The notes under the pieces are model-generated. The model did not search any database. It worked only from the letters and a program-made list of their open reading frames with translations, and had not been told where the DNA came from. A stretch of DNA of 46,225 nt. Source: Octopus bimaculoides (Eukaryota). The stretch is from contig NC_068989.1 in assembly GCF_001194135.2 (NCBI RefSeq), positions 11,090,720 to 11,136,944 of the forward strand, in the 5' to 3' direction. How positions within the stretch are numbered: the first letter of the stretch is position 1; every line of letters begins with the position of its first letter. Positions 1 to 10,787 of this stretch are shown here, piece by piece. A program made the position numbers and the translations under genes.

Positions 1-139
1 TTGGTTATACACCATTAGGTGTACACCTGCTTTCCCATATTAAATTCTAAATAACAACGTAACGCAGAACTCCGAACTATCAACACAACAATATTTATTT
101 ATGGTGAAAATAGGCAGCAGTTATTTGTGAAGCTCTGGT

Positions 140-290
140 GCTGACATGTTAGAGAGCTCCGCTGTTGGACGTCTGCCATCGTCGCCGGCCGGCGAGAAAA
201 GAGAAAGAATCAGGGCGCCAAACTTGGATATTGATGACTACGCATGCGCACGAGACAAGGCGTTACTACAAGTTCAATTCCCTGACCGGG
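140..290 (-). promoter_or_regulatory. CpG-rich promoter-like patch facing left (NRF1-like site, GC palindrome, Kozak ATG)
   Basis: Local CpG enrichment in an AT-rich window. TGCGCATGCGTA on minus at 239-250 matches 11/12 of the NRF1 consensus. Perfect 14-bp palindrome TCGCCGGCCGGCGA at 182-195. Minus-strand gacgATGG at 179 opens only a 26-aa ORF (179-99). Confidence 0.4.
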
Positions 291-560
291 CCATGTGTTG
301 TGTTCTTGAGCAAGACACTTTATTTCACTTTGCTCCAGTATGTTCAGCTGTAGAAATGAGTTGCGACATCACTGGTGCCAAGCTGTATCATGGCTTTTGC
401 CTTTCCCTTGGACAACATTGGTGGCATGGACAGGGGAGGCTGATATGCATGAGCGACTGCTGGTCTTCCATAAACAACCCTGCCTGGGCTTTTGCTTTAG
501 TGGGTAACTTTCTAGGCACAATCCCATAGTCATTCATGACCCAAGGGAGTCTGTACCCTT
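270..560 (+). mobile_element. tRNA-derived SINE, family F (head truncated)
   Basis: B-box-like GTTCAATTCCC, then GTGTTCTTGAGCAAGACACTTTATTTCAC..GCTCCAG..CAGCTGTAGAAATGAGTTGC, the same body as the minus copy at 42380-42570. Confidence 0.75.
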
Positions 561-721
561 TACCCAGTTCACTGTTGAAGTTGCTGAAAATCCATGTGTA
601 AAAATAATGTTTAAGCCTTAACCCTTTGCCTGTTCTGTGTATCACGTGTGACATATAGGACTTATTTCCCTGGCATCCATCTATCATATCTGATACACGT
701 TCCCAATCTTTTTCAACAACC

Positions 722-1106
722 AGAGGGGACAAACAAGGACAGACAAAGGGATTAAGTCGATTAGATCGTCCCCAGTGCGTAACTGGTACTTAATTTATCG
801 ACCCCAAAAGGATGAAAGGCAAAGTTGACCTTGGTGGAATTTGAACTCAGAACGTAACGGCAGACGAAATACCTATTTCTTTATTGCCCACAAGGGGCTA
901 AACATAGAGGGAACAAACAAGAACAGATGAACGGATTAAGTCGATTACATAGACCCCAGTGCGTAACTGGTACTTAATTTATCGACCCCGAAAGGATGAA
1001 AGGCAAAGTCGACCTCGGCGGAATTTGAACTCAGAACGTAACGGCAGACGAAATACCGCTAAGCATTTCGCCCAGCATGCTCAACGTTTCTGCCAGCTCG
1101 CTGCCT
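722..1106 (-). mobile_element. tRNA-derived SINE family B, tandem dimer (period about 184 bp)
   Basis: Minus strand has head GAGCTGGCAGAAACGTT..GAGTTCAAATTCCGCCGAGGTCGAC (A/B boxes). The body GGATGAAAGGCAAAGT..AGAACGTAACGGCAGACGAAATACC occurs twice; the second unit lacks the 5' head. Confidence 0.85.
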
Positions 1107-1211
1107 TTCTAGAAAATATATATGCAATGTATTATAATATAAAACATTTCCTGAGACTACAAAATCTCTGCAACATGCAAATGTTACCACATGCTAAACC
1201 AATTTAAGGTA

Positions 1212-1408
1212 CTATGATTTGGAAATTCAGATGTTAGGCATGTTATGAACATCTATACCTAATTTGTTTTCAAGGATGTAATATTTATCAGCTGTCTTGA
1301 GAGATGTTAACATATCCATAAAGAAAACAATATCCAAATTTATAACAAGAAAACAAATTAATTGAAGATCTTCGTAACATACCTAACATTTGAATTTCCA
1401 AATGATAG
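1212..1408. mobile_element. small MITE with 43-bp TIRs and TA flanks (Tc1/mariner-like)
   Basis: 1212-1254 versus reverse complement of 1366-1408: 38/43 identical. TA at both 1210-1211 and 1409-1410. Confidence 0.65.
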
Positions 1409-1446
1409 TATTTCTAATTGGCTCAGAATGCGATAATATTTTTAGG

Positions 1447-1951
1447 GGATCTTTTTGGTTTGACGGGCAACACTTGTTTTCTTAACGAAACACTTTCAAA
1501 CTTGGGATACTGGTAGAATGTGTCATATAAAACATCTTTTTCTCTTAGCCTTCTTAACAAAAATTAGTTCTTAATAAGTTATTTCATATTAAAGTTGTAT
1601 TTGTGTAATTTCAACCAATCACTGACGTCTATTCAGCTGAATTAAGTTTCTGCCGTAAGAATGTAAACAACATATTCTAACGGTGTTAAGGGATCTTTTC
1701 CCTTGAATAAAATTAGTGCCGTTGTTTGTCAACAACAACTATCGGCGGTAGTTATTTATAACATCGTTCGTGCATTTGGGTTAGGGTTCGGGTTTTAGAG
1801 TTAGGGTTAGGGTTTTAGGGTTAGAGTTGGGGTTAGGGTTAGGGTTCGTCTTTGTGCAAAACGAAATGGTTTTCAAGGTGAACTTGTGGCACGCATGGCC
1901 CTCTGATGACCACTAGTCTGTTTACTTTAAAACTGTCCTTTAGTGGTCATC
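1447..1951. mobile_element. composite non-autonomous DNA-element remnant(s) with GGATCTTTT termini and a degenerate (TTAGGG)n tract
   Basis: GGATCTTTT at 1447 and 1691; telomere-like tract 1778-1846; perfect 11-bp inverted repeat GATGACCACTA/TAGTGGTCATC at 1905-1915 and 1941-1951. Confidence 0.45.
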
Positions 1952-3287
1952 CAAAGTTGTGTCTTTAAATTAGACACTTTATGTTCAGTGAAGTAATGTT
2001 TTGTTAGCCTTCAAAACATCCTATTAGTAGAGTTTGTCATATTGTGATGAGGGACAAAGCTACAAATCATATGAGCCCAGTTCTTAAAATGTTAAGGCTA
2101 TGTTTGATTATAAGTTTTAACAGCTGTATTGGCTGGTTAAGTGACTTAAGTAGAACTTCCTCTCATTGTATTATGTTGTTCAAGGGAATGGCATTTAGAA
2201 TTTGTTGTCTCAACACTTCAGACACTATAGATTTGTTTGAGGTAAGAATTATCTAGTCATGTGATTTGTTGAAACTCCCCACTGATTATAGTTGTCATGG
2301 AGACCAAACTGCTGAATATGTGGTTCCTGAACTTCAGAAAATAGAAATTTATTTGTAGAAAGATTTTGTTGCTGTAAAGGCAAGTCACATGATTTATATA
2401 GAAGGTATCTCATTAGGTAGTTTGGCTGAGGAAGATTTGCCAGTTGTATTGGCAGGTTGAGAGTTGTTTTTTATCTTATTGGCGTGGCAATTTAGAAACT
2501 GATTAGCAGAGTAAATATGGTAATGAAAATGGTCTTATAAAAACAATACTTAACTTAAATTTATGAATGTTATTACCTAATGGATAAAATTCATGAAAGG
2601 ATTAAACTAATATGGCAATATTCAGAATATTGGACCAGTTTTTCAAATGAAACACATGGCTTTTCTTATATATATATATTAAAAATAAAAAAAATCTGTA
2701 AGTAACAAAGAAAAGAACAAGGAAGAGATGGTTTTATGAGTATGAAAAAAAAAAAAGGCATTGATTTTGTTGAGAAAGGTTTATTTTGGAAGCTAACAGA
2801 GAAATCAATTATGTAATTGTGAAGCATAGGAAACCATTTTCAGAAAATAGGAATAATTTATAAAGAAATAATCTTGTTTCCCTGTTATCACCAAACAAGA
2901 AAAACCAGTTTATGAAATTAAAATGACCATCAAGGGAAATTAGCCAAGAACATTGTTAAGCGGTCGTATCTTTAGTTCTAAGACTGTTAGCTGAAAGATG
3001 TTTTTAGAGAAATTCACTTGCAGCTTGAGATTATAGAAGTAGGTTTTCAGGAACATCTTTAGAATATTTGAAATCTAAAACTAAGACCTGTTTTGAGAAA
3101 GAACTATTAAAATTTCAAAGGTAAATAGATTATTGTTCTATATTTGTTTACTTCCAATCTCTCAGACTTATCTACAATTTTAAAAAGTACATATTTATTT
3201 TGATAGAAAGTGGTACAAGCATTCCCCTCTCTCTCACAAGGCATACTCATACTTCTTTGTTTAAACACAATTTTCTAACCAGTTTAT

Positions 3288-3594
3288 AACGTCGCCCTTT
3301 CAAAGCCTAGCCAGGCTCATGGGCCCGGTTTCCTGATTTCTATGGCATATGTGTTCCCCCAAGCTGCACGGGACGCCAGCCCATCGCAGCGTTACTCAAG
3401 AAACAGGAAGAAAGAGTGAGAGAAAGTTGTGGCGAATGAGTACAACAGGGGTCGCCACGACCCCCTGCCAGAACCTCGTGGAACTTTAGGTGTTTTCGCT
3501 CAATAAACACTCACAACGACCAGTCTGGGAATCGAAACCGCGATCCTCCGACCGCGAGTCCGCTGCCCTAACCACTGGGCCATTGCACCTCCAC
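3288..3594 (-). mobile_element. tRNA-derived SINE family C head and body with an alternative 3' tail
   Basis: 3395-3594 is nearly identical to 22175-22374 (GTGGAGG(C/T)GCAATGGCCCAGTGGTTAGGGCAGCGGACTCGCGGTC..GGTTTCGATTCCCAGAC), but the 3' part differs completely (GCTGCGATGGGCTGGCGTCCCGT...). Confidence 0.85.
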
Positions 3595-4152
3595 AACCAG
3601 TTTATAGTGAGGTTTTAATATTTACCAACAACACTGCATATGAGTAGAGATAAAATAAAATGAGATACTCCAAAACTATTCTGAGGCCTTCATCTATTCT
3701 TGTGTCTGATTTTAGTAGAATTAAACATCAATGATGATAGCTTTGGATGTTTCTCTTAAATCATCTTACTGGCATTTATTTAATTTGTTTCATTCTTTGT
3801 TAATGTTTCATCAAAATATCGAGATGTAAATAATCATTTCAGTTCTATAGCTACAGTCAAGAAAAACTTATGTCTAAAATCACCATAACCTTTTTGTTAC
3901 CATATTGATATACTCTGCCTTTATTTCAATTAATTTTGAAATTAATGAAGAATTTATTAAGATAACAGTTATCTAGTGTTTAGAGCATAAATTAAAATGA
4001 AATTTTGATGAAAGCTTTTAATTTAGATTGCTTTAAATCACGAAATTTCTACCATCAAACCGGGGGAAAGTCTCAGGCAGGTTGGACTCAAAAGGGTCCA
4101 ATATGATTCTAAGTTTAACTCCTTATAAATTTGGAATGCTTCTAAATGTCAG

Positions 4153-4522
4153 GTAACTTAGCTTGCTTACCAACCACATGGTCCCGGGTTCAGTCCCACT
4201 GCGCGGCACCTTGGATAAGTGTCTTCTACTATAGCCTCGGGCCGACCAAAGCCTTGTGAGTGGATTTGGTAGACGGAAACTGGAAGAAGCCTGTCGTATA
4301 TGTATATGTGTGTGTGTGTGTATGTCTGTTTGTCCCCCCAGCATCGGTTGACAACCGATGCTGGTGTGTTTACGTCCCCGTAACTTAGCGGTTTGGCCTA
4401 AGAGACCGATATAATAAGTACTAGGCTTACAAGGAATAAGCTTTGGGGTCGATTTGCTCAACTATAAAGGCAGTGCTCCAGCATGGCCGCAGTCAAATGA
4501 CTGAAACAAGTAAAAGAGTAAA
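4153..4522 (+). mobile_element. tRNA-derived SINE family A (bipartite, internal microsatellite)
   Basis: GGTTCAGTCCCACTGCG..CACCTTGG..GTGTCTTCTACTATAGCC..GGATTTGGTAGACGGAAACTG-(TA/TG)n-..CCAGCATGGCCGCAGTCAAATGACTGAAACAAGTAAAAGAGTAAA; many homologous copies in the window. Confidence 0.9.
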
Positions 4523-4789
4523 CGAGAGCAAAGAAAGCCAAAAGCTCTAATATTCTTGTTAAGATAATTCTCTGAATATTTTAATTACCCAAAGATTTGT
4601 TCATTAAAGACTCTACACCAACTACTATTTGAATGTTAGGAAACCATCATCATAAGATATTATTATCAGAAGACATATAAAATGCACTTTTTTCCTCAAA
4701 AATGTCTCAAAAAATTTTCCATGAGTCCTATATGTAAAGCTGGGCCTCCTATAAGCTTTAATACACTAACAACATTTTTTGGTGCCGTG

Positions 4790-4968
4790 TCTATGCTGGT
4801 CCCATGTAAAAGGCTCCCAGCACACTGTTAGTGATAGGTAGGGCATCCAGTTGTAGAAACCAAGCCAAATCAGACTGGAACCTGGTGCAGCTCTCTGGCT
4901 TGCCAGCTCTGGTCAAACCATCCAACCCATGCCAGCATGGAAAATGGACGTTAAATGATGATGATGCA
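4790..4968 (+). mobile_element. SINE/LINE 3' tail, family D, ending in (GAT)n
   Basis: AGGGCATCCAG.TGTAGAAAC..TCCAACCCATGC.AGCATGGAAA..GGACGTTAAA.GATGATGATG is shared with 45915-46105. Confidence 0.75.
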
Positions 4969-5103
4969 CTGCTGAAATTGAAATGCATCTAGTGTGCCTG
5001 TGCATCTTTTATGCCACCAATTATGGTATTAGCATCAGATACCCAGATTAACTATAACAATTATAGGAGAAGAAAATAAGTTACTTAGCATGTCTCTGTT
5101 GTT

Positions 5104-5218
5104 GCTCACAAGGCTTTGGTCGGCCCGAGACTATAGCAGAAGCTACGCAGTGGGACTGAACCTGTAACCATGTGGTTGGTAAGCAAGCTGCTTACCACAC
5201 AGCCACTCCTGCGCCTAT
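5104..5218 (-). mobile_element. SINE family A, 5' head fragment
   Basis: Reverse complement reads TAGGCGCAGGAGTGGCTGTGTGGTAAGCAGCTTGCTTACCAACCACATGG..GGTTCAGTCCCACTGCG. Confidence 0.85.
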
Positions 5219-5408
5219 ATTGAGAAGGATATATATATAACAAATGAAATTAAAATAAATAGGGTGTACACAGAAATAAGACAGAAGGGGTGGGTTTTAA
5301 AAAAAAGAAAGAATGAAAACGGAAAGAAACCATAATTAAAACGGAAAGTGAGAGAGAAATCTAGAGAGCAAAATGCTGGTTTGCGTGTGAATGTATGTGT
5401 ATGTTCGC

Positions 5409-5463
<55 letters not shown>

Positions 5464-5864
5464 CGTGGGCGTGGTGACAATAATCAGGCGAGCTGGCAGA
5501 TGTTAGCAGAGAAAACCGACCAAGCCTAAATGTGTGTATGAAGATAGATAAACTATCCCTGGGCTGATGATGTGCAGCTTAACAACCAATCACATTGAAT
5601 TATCCTTCTGCTACCCGTAAACAGACTGATCTAGCTTGCTACGGAAAGCACTACACACACACACACACACACATATTGAACCCATGAACCACTACTAGCT
5701 TTGCACAGGAACCGACAACCACCTGCACACACACACACACACACACACTAGATTATTTCTTTCAAATTCTGTATTTTTCTTCTGCTCTTCCTTCAACTTG
5801 GTAAGAGCCTATATGATATATAACACCCCAGACTTCATGCCTAGGTAAAGAATTACAACCACTG

Positions 5865-5945
5865 TCATCATCATCATCATCATCATCAGCAGCACCACCA
5901 CCACCACCACTACCATCACCACCACCATCATTATTATCATCGCCA
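5865..5945. repeat. compound (CAT)n/(CAG)/(CAC)n trinucleotide microsatellite
   Basis: Direct reading; it explains the D/G-rich ORF 5762-5971. Confidence 0.9.
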
Positions 5946-6603
5946 GCACTACATTTAGCATCATCAGCCAAACCAAAGAAGGACCTTATATATATATANN
6001 NNNNNNNNNNNNNNNNNNNNNNNNNNNNNNNNNNNNNNNNNNNNNNNNNNNNNNNNNNNNNNNNNNNNNNNNNNNNNNNNNNNNNNNNNNNNNNNNNNNN
6101 NNNNNNNNNNNNNNNNNNNNNNNNNNNNNNNNNNNNNNNNNNNNNNNNNNNNNNNNNNNNNNNNNNNNNNNNNNNNNNNNNNNNNNNNNNNNNNNNNNNN
6201 NNNNNNNNNNNNNNNNNNNNNNNNNNNNNNNNNNNNNNNNNNNNNNNNNNNNNNNNNNNNNNNNNNNNNNNNNNNNNNNNNNNNNNNNNNNNNNNNNNNN
6301 NNNNNNNNNNNNNNNNNNNNNNNNNNNNNNNNNNNNNNNNNNNNNNNNNNNNNNNNNNNNNNNNNNNNNNNNNNNNNNNNNNNNNNNNNNNNNNNNNNNN
6401 NNNNNNNNNNNNNNNNNNNNNNNNNNNNNNNNNNNNNNNNNNNNNNNNNNNNNNNNNNNNNNNNNNNNNNNNNNNNNNNNNNNNNNNNNNNNNNNNNNNN
6501 NNNNNNNNNNNNNNNNNNNNNNNNNNNNNNNNNNNNNNNNNNNNNNNNNNNCTTTATTTTTCCATGAAAAATAATAAATAAATAAAAAACCCATTTTCCA
6601 TGG

Positions 6604-7240
6604 AGCAGGGATTGATTGTGCGGTTGAGAAGCTCAGTTTGCAATCACACTGTTTTGGGTCCAGTCCTATTGCACAGCATCTTAGGCAAGGTCGACTTTGC
6701 CTTTCATCCTTTCAAGGTTGATAAATTAAGTACCAGTTGCATACTGGGGTCGATCTAATCGACTAGACCACCACCACCACCAAAAAAAAAAAAAAAATTG
6801 GGGGAGCCTTGTGCTTAGAGTAGAAAAGCACCTTAGGCAAGTGTCTTCTATTATAGCCCCAGGTTGTCCAATGCCTTGTGAGTGAATTTGGTAGATGGAA
6901 ACTATGTTGAAGCCTGTTGTATATGTGTATGTGAATGTGTGTGTGGTGTGTGAGTGGTGTGTATGTGTGTTTCTTTGTGTTTGTGGGTGTGAGTGTGTGT
7001 GTGTTTCTTTGTGTGTATGTGTGTGTTTCTTTGTGTTTATGTTAGTTCCTCTCATTGCTTGGCAACTGGTATTTCTTTGTTTATATTCCTGTAACTTTGC
7101 AGTTCAGCATAAGAGACTGATAGAACAAATACTAGACTTGAAAAATAAGTGCTGGGGTCAATTTGTCCAGCTAAAAACCCCCTTCAAAGTAATGCTCCAG
7201 CACGGTCACAGTGTAATGACTGAAACTAATGAAAAATAAA
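6604..7240 (+). mobile_element. SINE family A interrupted by a 5'-truncated family B SINE (6690-6827)
   Basis: The A head ends at GCATCTTAGGCAAG (6676-6689), a family B body follows, and A resumes at GCACCTTAGGCAAG (6828-6841): a 14-bp duplication with 1 mismatch. Confidence 0.8.
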
Positions 7241-7388
7241 AAAATAAATCTAGTCAGTCCTGATTCAGCAGATCTATGACCAAAGTTGTTCCAAACACAT
7301 GACCATCCTGCCATGTTTTCAGACAGTGTACTTCATCATTGTCATTGTCGTCATCTTCGTCATCATTATCATCATCATCAACATCATA

Positions 7389-7425
<37 letters not shown>

Positions 7426-7443
7426 GTGTGTGTGTATATACAA

Positions 7444-7613
7444 TGGGCTTCCAATCAGATAGGCAATTTCTGGCTACCATATTTACTCGGAAGGCATTGG
7501 TCAGACCAAGGCTATAATAGAAGACATCTGCCCATAATGCCGCACAGTAGGACTGAACCTGAAACCATGTGGTTACAAAGCAAGTTTCTTAATCACACAC
7601 CCATGCCTGCACC
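7444..7613 (-). mobile_element. degenerate SINE family A 5' half
   Basis: GGCTATAATAGAAGACA..GGACTGAACCTGAAACCATGTGGTT aligns by eye to family A. Confidence 0.75.
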
Positions 7614-8129
7614 TAAGTTGCCAAATAGACATTTTTTTGCTCTTTACCATCTAAGATACATCAATGTTAAAAGTGAGTGCACTGTTTCAAAAGTGTGAGC
7701 GATACTACAGTTGTGGGTTCATTTGGTGCTCTGTTCAGAGTTAGCAGCTGCTTATGACTAGTTTCAAACATTTTCAGGTTCAGAAAAGGCAATCCAGCTT
7801 TTGTGATGTAAAAATTATCTATGTGAAGAATACGTGGTCATTGCATGTTCAACGAGTAGAAATCTTTGAACTTAAAAGTTATTATTGAGAAGAAAGAATG
7901 AAATGTGATATGGTCTTACGTCTTTGAAGTAAGTAATATTTAACTTTTGGACGTTTTAAAAAAAGTTGCTGTATTATCAAAGTACCTCCAAAAGATGTGG
8001 TGAAGATAGAAGAAAATGATGAATGCCTGTTGAGACAATAGACAGAGGTTAGTAGAGATAGCGAAGTGGACAGAGGGCATTACAATATTTAGTTAAGTTA
8101 GTGTCAACATATTTTTAATGGAGAATAGA

Positions 8130-8293
8130 TGCAGGCGTAGCTGTGTGGTTAACAAGTTTGTTTCCCAACTATATGGCCTTCAGTTCAATCCCACTGCACA
8201 GTACCTTGGGCAACTGTCTTCTGCTGTAGCCCAAGGCTGATCAAACTCTTCTAAATGGATTTGGTAGATGGAGGCTGAAAGAAAACTGCTGTA
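8130..8293 (+). mobile_element. degenerate SINE family A 5' half
   Basis: GCTGTGTGGTTAACAAG..GTTCAATCCCACTGCACAGTACCTTGGGCAACTGTCTTC..GGATTTGGTAGATGG. Confidence 0.75.
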
Positions 8294-8724
8294 GAGAGTG
8301 TGTTTCTCTGTGTGTATATATATGCATGTGTGTGTATGGGTTTGATATCTGAAAAGAAACAGCAATTTTAGCAAAATATATTAAGCAACACTAATAATAA
8401 ATCATCAAAAGACATAAAAATAAACAAGTTTTTGACGGTTTTATAGATATTTCAAAATTATGATGCTGTGATGCTAGGTGTTTCCATTATTTTGTCCAAC
8501 CCCTGTACATATATATATATACATATGCATACAAAGTATGGAGGTTTAGTTCACAGGTGATCTAAACGATTAGGTACGCTAAGTAAGCGCTGTAACAGAT
8601 AACTGGGGCTCCAAGGTTATAGCTGAGATCATTGCAGATTGCCGATGCAGCAGATATATAATTGTTAAACAGGACGTCAAACATCTCAAGTCATATACAA
8701 TATTATTATAGGAAGAAATTCATA

Positions 8725-8780
8725 ACCTTACAGCTGTTTCTGGGATATACCCAAGTATGGAATATTCCATCATCAGAGAC
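8725..8780 (-). ncRNA. type I minimal hammerhead ribozyme motif (Penelope-like element terminus)
   Basis: Minus RNA: GUCU-CUGAUGA-UGGAAUAUUCCAUACUUGGGUAUAUCCCA-GAAA-C-AGCU-G-UA^-AGGU. All core nucleotides are present. Stem II pairs 7/8 plus an inner hairpin, stem III is minimal with a palindromic AGCU loop, and stem I has 4 bp (2 G-U). Confidence 0.7.
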
Positions 8781-8850
8781 AAATAAGCCAGTTCAGGTAA
8801 AAATTAATACAAAGTATTTAATTTTATAAATATAATAAAATTAAATACTT

Positions 8851-8881
<31 letters not shown>

Positions 8882-9796
8882 TTTTTTTTTGAATAGAATT
8901 TATTTTCGATAATTTTAATTGATTTTAATCGATTTAAATTTCCTTTCTATTTGAAAATTAGTTATGAAACACGTGTAGTCATTTTATTATCTTTATCTTA
9001 TGATATTTACTTTGTTTTATATTATAGTCATTTATTGTGCTTTTAATTATTAATTTTTCTATATGTGATATTGGATTTTCATCGATGAGTTCTTGAAACT
9101 TGGTTATTTTCCCTAAAACTATATATTTTATATATATATATATATATATATTGTTGTAACTCTCTAGACACAGCAAAATGTTTCAACACATGAATTTACC
9201 TAAAGAATCTTACAAACCATATGTGTTTGCAAGACTATGTGAATATGACATATGTGTATATCATTTTCTGAATGTGTAAAGCAAGATGTGTTTGCATGGG
9301 AGAAAGAATGAAATGGAAGAGTGAGAGAGGGAGACTGTAGAGAAGAGGATGTGAGACAAAAACAAAAAGAAGATAAAGAACGAAAGACTATGGAAAGAGA
9401 AAGAGAAGAAAGAGAAAGAAAAACAAGTAGAATGATACTTATTTAATCAACCCCCAGAGGAATGAAAGCTAAAGTGAACATCTCCACTGGGACGAGATCT
9501 CAGAATGTTTATTTTTTTATTTATTTTATTTATAAAGCATATAAAAAGCTACCCACTGTCTGTGTCATCACCATAGAAACAATAATGATTTCTCATATTG
9601 GCAAAAGGTCACAAATTTGTAAGTGGGGAATAAGTCGATTGATGAGAGGCTCAAAGTGAACTTGAAATGATTTGAACACAATATTGGACAGAACTAATCA
9701 CTAAAAGACATTGAATTCTAGTGCCATGCAGATTTTTACCATACCGTTTCTTTAAGTTAGCTTACATGGGACCGGACATTCTTTTCTTAAAATAAT

Positions 9797-9990
9797 CCTT
9801 TTTACTATAGGCACAAGGCCTGAAATTTGGCGGGAGGTAGCTTGTGTAATACATAGACCCCAGTGTTCGACTAGTATTCATTTTATCGACCTCGAAAGGA
9901 TGAAAGGCAAAGTCGACCTCGGCGGAATTGGAACGCAAAACGTAGAATCTCAAAGCATTTTGCCCGGTGTGCTAACAATTCCGCCAGCTC
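9797..9990 (-). mobile_element. SINE family B
   Basis: TTTATCGACCTCGAAAGGATGAAAGGCAAAGTCGACCTCGGCGGAATT..GCTAACAATTCCGCCAGCTC. Confidence 0.85.
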
Positions 9991-10742
9991 AATACAAAAC
10001 AGACATAGCAGAGATGGATAGTGTTACCTAACCAATGTTTGTTTCGTGACAGGTCACGCTGTTTACTGATAGTCATTCTTTTTTTAAATGTGACACAAAA
10101 TAGCTAGACCCATCCTTAATAAAGATCGAATGCAGAAACTTATTTAGGCAATAAACTTTACGTTTGCACCTTTCCTCTGAAGATAAATTGTGTTTGTTCA
10201 ACACGTCAGTCTTCAAACCTGGAATCCGTACAATTTCTAATCATAGTCCTAACCTCATTGCCAACTCCCAAACCTAAGAACAGGACCATTTTTCAGACGA
10301 GGAGTAATATTGTCACCAATGTCCTATATGAACAGTAGATGTCTGAAACAAGTATTTTAATTAGGAAAATTTTATTCCATTACATAAAAGAAGAAACTTT
10401 AAGAAGAAACTTTAAGAAAAAAAATGAGGAAGTTAAAATTTTTTTTTTTTTAAAGTAATAAAAAATAAGAAGAAATTGACGAAAAGGAAAGGTGGATGAA
10501 ATGAAAAAAACTATATCTTGATTGTAACAAAAATACAATATTTGTTATTAAGCTGGGAAGAGGGGGGTGAAAATCGTGCGGGTGTTAATCTGAAAAATTA
10601 CCCAAAAATACAATATTTATTATTAAGCTAGGGTTTGTTCTAAGAAAACAGTTCTATTTACTAATTGTAAAGTGAGCAAAATGTGTGTGTATGCATACAT
10701 TACATATATATGTGTGTGTGTATGTGAGAGAATGAACTAGAC

Positions 10743-10787
<45 letters not shown>

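Noticed and set aside
1903-1956. Hammerhead at CTGATGA-CCACTA..TAGTGG
   Set aside because: No GAAA box or UH triplet follows the stem; kept only as a hairpin.
2124-2241. Exon with AG and GAG|GTAAGA borders and one open frame (CIGWLSDLSR..IDLFE)
   Set aside because: No recognisable protein and no partner exons. The surrounding 1960-2480 has stop-interrupted frames on both strands that look more like a decayed LINE. RNA-seq could revive it.
7778-7928. Exon flanked by TTTTCAG and GAA|GTAAGT (similarly 25322-25380)
   Set aside because: Stops occur in all three frames and nothing else supports a non-coding exon.
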